Below, in pieces: positions 55,150 through 64,000 of a stretch of DNA of 64,000 nt. The DNA comes from an uncultured Candidatus Rokubacteria bacterium (lineage in GTDB: Bacteria; Methylomirabilota; Methylomirabilia; Rokubacteriales; CSP1-6), in the NCBI GenBank assembly GCA_963754315.1, contig CAVWFS010000019.1, forward strand, positions 64,001 to 128,000, written 5' to 3'. Numbering within the stretch: position 1 is the stretch's first letter; each line of letters begins with the position of its first letter. The position numbers were made by a program, and so were the translations under genes. The notes under the pieces are model-generated. The model did not search any database, was not told the origin of the DNA, and saw nothing but the letters and a program-made list of their open reading frames with translations.

Positions 55150-56422
55150 CGGGATGCGGTGGGCACCTCGGCCACCACATAGTAGTCCTGTGGTCCCCAG
55201 ATCACGTTGTTAAGCCGCTCGACGACCCCCTTGAGGAGTTCATGGGCCTGGTCGCCCAATCCCAGCTGGTCGGCGGGCGGAAGATCAGGAAGGCGGCCCG
55301 GGGGCTCGAAGCGGCGCAGTCGGCGAACCTCCACCCGCTCGAACCCGCGCAGCTCCAGCAGCCCCGCGAGGTACTCCGGATCGACCGGTTGCTTGTGGTC
55401 TAGATCCTGGTAATAGGCTTTTGCCAGCACCCCTAGCGTCTCCGGATTCAGCGTTTCCAGCACCATCACGCCACCGGGGGCCAGTCGTTGTCGGGCCAGC
55501 GTGAGGAATGTCAACAGTTCGCCCGGAAAGAGGTGCTCGATCACCTGTGAAGCAAAAACCCCTCCCAGCGTGGCCGGCTCGACCGAACGCAGCGCGGCCA
55601 GGGCGCCCGCATGCACGACGGCCACCTCGTGCTCGCGGCATATCTCGATCATGGTCGGATCCGTGTCACAGCCCCAGGCCTCGATCCCCTCCATCCGCAG
55701 CATCGCGAGGAACTCCCCACGCCCACACCCGACGTCCAAAATGCGCCCGGGCCGATCATGGAACAGCGGAAGATAGATGTGATGCAGCCCTCGGAGATGG
55801 CCGTAGTTGCCACGGAAGCGATCCACGAAGGCTTCGCGCTTCTCGCGCGATATGCCCTCGAAAAAGGGCGCGACGTCATAGCGCTCGATGAGTGACCGGG
55901 TCACGTGTTCCAGGCGGGCTTGGGCCGTCTGGATTGCCTGTTTGTTCTGCTCAAGGTACTCGTTGATCCGGCTCTGCTGCCCGATGAACGTGTCCCCCCG
56001 TTCCAGCGCCTCCTGAAAGACGCTATGGGCCCGCTTCATCTCTGTCTCCAGCCGCACGAGCGCGTCGTCAAGGTCCCGCTGCCGTGCAAGCTGAACGCGC
56101 AGCAGCGCGAGCATGTGGCGTTGAATTGCTCCTGCTTTTCGATGAGGAGGCGCACGTAGGGCTGTCCTCCCCAGTGAATCAGTCGCTTGATCGGATCGAT
56201 CAGGTACCGGAGCAGGGGTCGGTGCGAATGGATACGGTAGTCAGGTTCGACTCGCCACCCCCCCTCGGCCGCCCACAGCAACGCTGCGGCCTCGTCGGCC
56301 GTATCGGGCTGCCGTCCGAGCGGCGCCGGATCAGGCAGGCCGCTTCGCACAAACTCGTGGTGGAGATCCTCCATCACGCGCTCGATGGTGTAGGGGGGTT
56401 CCGGGATTCGAAAACGGGTCAC
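55146..56422 (-). CDS. Coiled-coil class I SAM methyltransferase (chain-terminator-like), frameshift near 56115
   Basis: IHSHRPL...QEQFN N-terminus, coiled coil, FRG, LDVGCGRGEF, QVIEHL, ETLNP, DLDH. Confidence 0.83.
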
Positions 56423-56429
56423 GCCGCGA

Positions 56430-56722
56430 ACTACCCCAGCGGGTGGGAATGATGGAGGCGCTTCGAGGATGCAGGCGACCTCCGCAGCCGGCCAGCACGT
56501 TCTGGCGGACGCGTGAGCACCCGCACGGCAGCCGGGCCGCTCCGATGGACGACGGTTGGCGACCCGGACCCCGAACGCGGCACCAACTCGAATTTCCACC
56601 CTCGTGATCGAGCAGCTCGATCGAGGTCAGGTCGAGCCCCGAACGGGTGGTACGAAGGCGGTGAGTCTCCGGTACCAGCGGTACGCTTTACCGAGGCCCA
56701 CGACGCCGACGGCATCGGTCAT
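56430..56722 (-). pseudogene. wzt: Wzt (ABC ATPase) remnant
   Basis: ATGA-coupled to wzm; MTDAVGVVGLGKAYRWYRR is a Wzt-like N-terminus; stop at 56627; RSGLDLTSIELLD fragment in another frame; no Walker A. Confidence 0.65.
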
Positions 56723-57573
56723 AGTTCGTCGACCATCGAGCGGGCCAGTCGTCGGAACACCAGGTCACCCCCGAGTACGGCCAGCACCGCCACCGCCGCG
56801 ACTTGCCACAGGTCGCTCCAGACGGGCCAGCGATGCTCCACGATGATCCCCTGATAGGCCGTGATGAGCGGATAGAGTGGGTTGATCGTGATCACGCCCT
56901 GCACGGCCGGGGGCACGGCCGCGAGAGGATAGACGATGGGCGTGAACCAGAACCAGAACTGCAGGCCAACGGTGACCACCTGAGAGACATCACGAAAGAA
57001 AACGTTGATGACCCCCAAGAAGACCCCGAGGGAGAGGGCAAAGACCTGCTGAATGATCAAGAGAGGCACCATTCCCAGCAGGACCCAGCCCGGCCAGCGA
57101 CCGCTGACGAGCAGGAAGGCCAGGAACAGCCCCCATATGATGGCAAAGTTCAGGGTGGCCGACAGGAAGACATACACGGGAAGGGTCACGCGCGGAAAGC
57201 TCATCTTCTTCAGGAGGTTGCCATGCTCGAGGAAGACGAGCTGGCTCCGCGTCAAAACCTCGACGAGATACCCCCATGGCAGAAGGCCCGCACAGAGGAA
57301 GAGTCCGTACGCGAGGTCGTCGGAGACGCCGGTCAGCCGGGCGCGCATGACCTGGGAGAACACGACGGTGAAGATGAGGATCTGGGCCAACGGGTTGATG
57401 ATGGCCCAGGACGCTCCCAGCACCGATCCAAAGTAGCGCCCCCGGAAGTCCCGGGCTACCATCCCCAGGACAAAACCGCGATAGCCCCACAACGCTTGTG
57501 TTCGTCCGAAGCCTCTTCCAAGTGTGCGGGGGGGGCGCGTGGCGGGGGCAGCAGTCTCGCCTGAACGACGCAT
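56719..57573 (-). CDS. wzm: ABC-2 polysaccharide export permease Wzm
   Basis: RDFRGRYFGSVLGASWAIINPL, KKMSFP, FFRD, FWFTPIVYP, INPL. Confidence 0.93.
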   Translation of the reverse strand: MRRSGETAAPATRPPRTLGRGFGRTQALWGYRGFVLGMVARDFRGRYFGSVLGASWAIINPLAQILIFTVVFSQVMRARLTGVSDDLAYGLFLCAGLLPWGYLVEVLTRSQLVFLEHGNLLKKMSFPRVTLPVYVFLSATLNFAIIWGLFLAFLLVSGRWPGWVLLGMVPLLIIQQVFALSLGVFLGVINVFFRDVSQVVTVGLQFWFWFTPIVYPLAAVPPAVQGVITINPLYPLITAYQGIIVEHRWPVWSDLWQVAAVAVLAVLGGDLVFRRLARSMVDEL

Positions 57574-57576
57574 CGT

Positions 57577-59596
<2,020 letters not shown>

Positions 59597-59694
59597 GCGT
59601 GCTCGTCTCGCGCTCGAGCCGGGCGCCCGAGCGTACCTTGCAGCCTACGATAGTCTCCGTGATTCGCGCAAGCACAGACACCCGACACGCACAG

Positions 59695-60690
59695 TCAGAC
59701 AGGGTCGCCCGCCGCCGAGATACCCCCCGCGCGCGCGCCCGTGCGCCATCGCCAATAGTCGAGCACGTCGCGCAAGGTCTGCGTGAATGGTCGGGCCGGT
59801 TGCCAGCCCACTGCCCGCTGGATGCGCCGGCCATCTCCGAGGAGGATGGGCACATCGGAAGGCCGAAGCCGGGCGGGGTCCTCGCGCACGGCGATGGGCC
59901 GAACCCGGGCTTCGCCAAGGAGGAACTCGAGGACCTCGCCGATCTCCCAGGCCGATCCCGAGCAGAGGTTATACACCTCGCCGGGCTCTCCCCGCTCCAG
60001 CAGAAGCCAGTACCCGTGTACGATGTCCCGTACGTCGGTGTAGTCACGCTTGGTCTTGAGGTTCCCCACGTGGATGACGGGTTCGCGCAATCCTGCTTCA
60101 ATCTCGGCGATCTGGCGGGCGAAGTTGGAGGTGACAAACACGTCTCCCCGTCGGGGCCCCTCATGGTTGAAGGCGCGAGTGCGGACGATGGGCAGTCGAT
60201 AGCTCTTGAAGTATTGGTAGCCCAGCAGATCCTGAGCCACCTTGCTCACCGCGTACGGTGACAGGGGGCGCAGCGGATTGTCCTCGGTGATGGGCAACTC
60301 GCTCTCGTAGACGGCGCCGTACTCCTCGCTGGAGCCTACCACCAGAAAGCGAGGTTTCTGGGGGCGCTGACGGATGGCCTCCAGCAGGTTGACCTGCGCT
60401 CCGATGTTGGTGATGAGCGTCTCCGCCGGCGCCTGCCATGATGAGCCCACGAAGCTTTGGGCGGCGAGGTGGATGATGGCATCCGGCTGCGACGCTTCGA
60501 GCACGTGCTGCACCGAGCTCACGTCGCGCAGGTCGCCTTCCACGAGATGGATCTTCGCCCCCAGGTGATCGATGTTCTCGGTCTTGCTCCGCCACCGATA
60601 CGACCCGTAGACTTCCACCCCTTGGTCGAGGGCATGCTCGGCAAAGTGGCTCCCGACAAAACCGGTGATCCCGGTGATCAGGACGCGCAT
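59695..60690 (-). CDS. GDP-4-keto-6-deoxy-D-mannose reductase-like SDR (Rmd)
   Basis: GITGFVG, GSSEEYG, SPYAVSK, FNHEGP, RDYTDVRD; adjacent to gmd. Confidence 0.78.
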   Translation of the reverse strand: MRVLITGITGFVGSHFAEHALDQGVEVYGSYRWRSKTENIDHLGAKIHLVEGDLRDVSSVQHVLEASQPDAIIHLAAQSFVGSSWQAPAETLITNIGAQVNLLEAIRQRPQKPRFLVVGSSEEYGAVYESELPITEDNPLRPLSPYAVSKVAQDLLGYQYFKSYRLPIVRTRAFNHEGPRRGDVFVTSNFARQIAEIEAGLREPVIHVGNLKTKRDYTDVRDIVHGYWLLLERGEPGEVYNLCSGSAWEIGEVLEFLLGEARVRPIAVREDPARLRPSDVPILLGDGRRIQRAVGWQPARPFTQTLRDVLDYWRWRTGARAGGISAAGDPV

Positions 60691-60759
60691 GACAGAAAGT
60701 GTACTACGGGGCCCGCTCGCGGGGCAGGCAACGCGGCAGAGAAGATCGGATGGAGCGCG

Positions 60760-61188
60760 CTATTCTCCGATGACCTGGACGCTGATCTCGCGCCGACGGG
60801 GACCGTCGAACTCGGCGAAGATGATGGACTGGAACCGGCCCAGGGTCAGATCGCCGTCGTTGATTCCCACGGCGATGTTCCGTCCCAACAGAGCCGCCCG
60901 CAGATGGGCATGAGCATTGCCGCGCTCACAGTCCGAATAGCGGGGGTCGTCGTGGCGGTAACCACCCCGCTCGGGCACAATGCGCTCCGCCAGACTCTTG
61001 ATGTCCTCGATGAGGGATCCCTGGAACTCGTTGATCAGGAGGGCGCACGTGGTATGGAGGGTATTGATCAGCCCAATACCGGCGTTGACCGGGAACTGCT
61101 GAACCGCCTGCCGCACGAGCTTCGTGATATCGCTGACCTCTGTCCGCTCCTCGGTCGTCAGGCTGAACGAGGTGTTGAAGACCTTCAT
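60760..61188 (-). CDS. yjbQ: YjbQ family (secondary thiamine-phosphate synthase)
   Basis: HTTCALLINE, NAHAHL, LGRFQSI, EFDGPR. Confidence 0.9.
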   Translation of the reverse strand: MKVFNTSFSLTTEERTEVSDITKLVRQAVQQFPVNAGIGLINTLHTTCALLINEFQGSLIEDIKSLAERIVPERGGYRHDDPRYSDCERGNAHAHLRAALLGRNIAVGINDGDLTLGRFQSIIFAEFDGPRRREISVQVIGE

Positions 61189-61263
61189 ATCGTGCCGTCT
61201 CCAGGGCGCATCCCCGGTTTCGCCGGCGGAGGTGCCAGCGTGGCTGCGCCCAAGCCAACGCTA

Positions 61264-61293
61264 ACCATAGCGACGCTTTGCGCAAGAAGTCAA
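61264..61293 (-). promoter_or_regulatory. Putative sigma70 promoter for yjbQ
   Basis: TTGACT-N18-TATGGT on the minus strand. Confidence 0.45.
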
Positions 61294-61355
61294 CCTAAAG
61301 CTTTACGGGGGTGTGACTTCTCCTTGACAAGGGCGTTTCCGGCGAAGCCTCCGTT

Positions 61356-62342
61356 CTAGGCGCCCTTTGGATTGGGGAGATTACCCCTTCCAGCGCCCAG
61401 GAGTGGTCGAAAGTATTCGATGGTTCGGCGCAGCCCCTCCTCGAAGGAGACCAGGGGCTGGTAGGCCAGCAGACGCTTTGCCTTGCCAATGTCAGCCAGT
61501 GTATGAGCGACGTCACCGGGTCGGGCCGGCGTATGGCGCCGGCGCAGGGCGTGTCCCACGCTTCGCTCAAGGATCTCGATGATGGCGAGCAGGCTGATCC
61601 GCTCCCCACATCCCACGTTGAAGACCTCCCCGGCGGCTTGCGGGGCGCGGGCAGCCAAGAGGTTCGCCTCCACCACGTTGTCGATATAGGTAAAGTCGCG
61701 CGATTGCGTGCCGTCGCTGTGCACTTCGAGGGGTTCTCCCGCGAGGGCCCATTGGATGAAGCGTGGGATGACTGCGGCGTACTCCGAGGCCGGGTCCTGC
61801 CGCGGACCGAACACGTTGAAGTAGCGGAGGCCAACCGTCTCGACCCCGTACAGACGGCTCCACACGGCGGCATATTGCTCGCCGGCCGCCTTGGAGACTG
61901 CGTAGGGTGAGACGGGGCTTGGCGGCTGATCCTCGCGCTTGGGCAACTCAAGGCTCGCCCCGTACACTGACGACGACGAGGCATACACGACCCGCGGTAC
62001 CCCCGCCGTCCGCGCGGCCTGCAACACGTGCAGGGTGCCGTTGACGTTGTTGTCGTTGGCGCCCAGTGGATCGTGGACCGAGCGGGGAACCGACCGCATG
62101 GCCGCCTGATGAAAGATTACGCGGGCGCCGGCGGCTGTACGTTCCACACAGGCGAGATCTCTGATGTCGCCCTCAATGACCTCGAGCGCCTCCCCGTACT
62201 GCGTCGCGAAGGGCAGCATGGCGCGGGCGCCGGTGGAGAAGTTGTCGAGGACACGGACCCGAAGCCCCTCGCGCAGCAGGCGCTCGACGACGTGGGAGCC
62301 GATGAAGCCGGCTCCTCCGGTCACCAGAACAAGATCGCTCAC
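61356..62342 (-). CDS. NAD-dependent UDP-sugar 4-epimerase (WbpP-like SDR)
   Basis: TGGAGFIGSH, SVPRS, ASSSSVYG, SPYAVSK, RYFNVFGPRQDP. Confidence 0.9.
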   Translation of the reverse strand: MSDLVLVTGGAGFIGSHVVERLLREGLRVRVLDNFSTGARAMLPFATQYGEALEVIEGDIRDLACVERTAAGARVIFHQAAMRSVPRSVHDPLGANDNNVNGTLHVLQAARTAGVPRVVYASSSSVYGASLELPKREDQPPSPVSPYAVSKAAGEQYAAVWSRLYGVETVGLRYFNVFGPRQDPASEYAAVIPRFIQWALAGEPLEVHSDGTQSRDFTYIDNVVEANLLAARAPQAAGEVFNVGCGERISLLAIIEILERSVGHALRRRHTPARPGDVAHTLADIGKAKRLLAYQPLVSFEEGLRRTIEYFRPLLGAGRGNLPNPKGA

Positions 62343-62452
62343 GGGCAAATTATAGCGGACATCGCCACCTTGACACTCTGCGTAATCTACCTGAACATTT
62401 CGACACTTCGCGCGGATCACCGAGGCTCGTCCAGACTGGGAGGAAATGTGCC

Positions 62453-63988
62453 ATGAACCGTCGCGCCGGTCTCGCCACGCTATTCGTCCTCGTCATGCCG
62501 CTGGTGCCCATGGTCGGCGGCGCCCAAACGAAGGACGATACCGTCGTCTACGCCATCCAATCCGACATGCAGAACTGGGATCCCCCGAACTCCGTGCTGC
62601 GGGAAAGCATCATCCTTGGTTACCACGTGTTCGATCATCTGGCTGCCCGCGATCTCAAAACCGGCAAGGTGGGGCCGAGTCTCGCCACCTCGTGGCGCAC
62701 CCTCGACGATACCACGTGGGAGGTCAAGCTCCGGCAAGGTGTCAAGTTTCACGACGGGTCGCCCTTCACCGCGCGCGACGTGAAAGCCACCTTCGACCGG
62801 GTCTTGAACCCCGAGCTGAAGCTCACCGCGCGGGGCAACCATGCCAAGATCAAGAGCGTGGAGGTGGTGGACGACTATACGGCACGCTTCAAGACGGACG
62901 GTCCCTACCCGCTCTTCGTGGAACGCCTGAGCGCCCAGGTCATGCAATCCGAGAAAGTCATCAAGGACAAGGGCCACGAGTGGATGCAGGAAAATCCGGT
63001 GGGGACGGGACCCTACAAGCTCGTCAAGTGGAACAAGAAGCAAGATCACTTGCTCGTCCGCAACGACGACTACTGGGGCCCCAAGCCCGCCTTCAAGTAC
63101 GTGCGCGTCCGGATCATTCCCGAGCAGGCTACCCAGATCGCCGAGCTGATCTCGGGCGGAGTCGATGTCATCAAGGCGGTGCCGCCCGACCAGATGGACG
63201 TTATCAACAAGTCCGGAGGAGCCCGCACCTCTACCTCCCCCATCCTGCGCACGGCCATGCTCCAGCTCGACCAGGCCGGCCGCACGGGAAAGAACCCGTT
63301 CCAGGACCGTCGGGTGCGTCAGGCGGCCAACCTGGCGGTCGACATGGACGCCATCATCAAGCACGTTCTCAACGGTCTCGGCGACCGCACGGCCACCACC
63401 GTCAACCCCATGGCCTTCGGCTTCGATCCGAGCGTGAAGCCGTTCCGGCCCGACCCAGCCGCGGCCAAGAAGCTGTTGACCGACGCCGGATACCCGAATG
63501 GGGTAGAGGTTGGATTCCTCCAGACGGGGCCAATCGTGGAGCCGGCCCTCCCCCAGACGTCGGAGGCGATCACCGCCGACCTCGCCAAGGTCGGCCTGCG
63601 CACCCGCAAGCGGTATATCGGGGAGATCGGGCCCTTCGTGAATCTGGTACGCGATGGCAAAGCCGAGCCCATGTTCGAGTGGTCGTGGGGGTACTACTCG
63701 GTCTTCGACGCCGACGCCATCCTGTTCGACGTCATGAAGTGCGGGGAGCCTTACAGCTACTACTGCAACAAGGAGCTCGACGATCTGATCCTTCAGGGAC
63801 GGTCGACGCTCGACGCCAAGAAGAGGACCGAGGTCTACGCTAAGGCGCAGCGGCTCCTCCTCGACGACGCCGCCTATCTCTACAAGTGGGGTCTGCGCGG
63901 CGTGTGGGGCATCAGCAACCGCGTGGACTACGAGGCACCGCGTGACGAGATCGACCGCATGTTCCTCGTGACCCCCCGCAAGAAGTAG
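62453..63988 (+). CDS. Peptide/nickel ABC transporter substrate-binding protein (family 5)
   Basis: Signal peptide, LRQGVKFHDG, GTGPYK, DRRVRQA. Confidence 0.92.
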   Translation: MNRRAGLATLFVLVMPLVPMVGGAQTKDDTVVYAIQSDMQNWDPPNSVLRESIILGYHVFDHLAARDLKTGKVGPSLATSWRTLDDTTWEVKLRQGVKFHDGSPFTARDVKATFDRVLNPELKLTARGNHAKIKSVEVVDDYTARFKTDGPYPLFVERLSAQVMQSEKVIKDKGHEWMQENPVGTGPYKLVKWNKKQDHLLVRNDDYWGPKPAFKYVRVRIIPEQATQIAELISGGVDVIKAVPPDQMDVINKSGGARTSTSPILRTAMLQLDQAGRTGKNPFQDRRVRQAANLAVDMDAIIKHVLNGLGDRTATTVNPMAFGFDPSVKPFRPDPAAAKKLLTDAGYPNGVEVGFLQTGPIVEPALPQTSEAITADLAKVGLRTRKRYIGEIGPFVNLVRDGKAEPMFEWSWGYYSVFDADAILFDVMKCGEPYSYYCNKELDDLILQGRSTLDAKKRTEVYAKAQRLLLDDAAYLYKWGLRGVWGISNRVDYEAPRDEIDRMFLVTPRKK

Positions 63989-64000
63989 CGGCAACCGATT

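Noticed and set aside
61300..61400. Possible degenerate repeat forming the epimerase C-terminal tail
   Set aside because: Similarity to the 5891 element is too weak to support by eye.

Overview
A GC-rich diderm bacterial chromosome segment; gene content and repeat style suggest Ca. Rokubacteria/Methylomirabilota (inference only). The left half (1-32 kb) is mostly housekeeping: pxpB/YcsI-type hydro-lyase, EmrA, bamD, ltaE, Opp/Dpp ATPases, an aspartate/lysine (DapL-type) pathway cluster (alaC-like, hom, ask, dapL, lysA, dapA, dapB), argH, folBK, comEA/comEC, mltG and an ECF sigma/anti-sigma pair. It also contains a stand-alone, divergent RNA polymerase alpha gene outside the ribosomal-protein operon. 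The right half (32-62 kb) is a cell-surface polysaccharide locus (gmd/fcl/rmd, wzm, coiled-coil methyltransferases, about nine GT2/GT4 genes, WcaJ, GT-C-like membrane proteins) in which wzt, a MurJ-like flippase and a third methyltransferase survive only as internally deleted remnants. A GC-rich palindromic element occurs as a tandem array, as intergenic copies and in frame inside two CDSs. About ten apparent frameshifts, some in core genes, probably include assembly errors. No tRNA, rRNA, CRISPR or transposase gene was seen. All homology calls come from motif recognition, not database searches.
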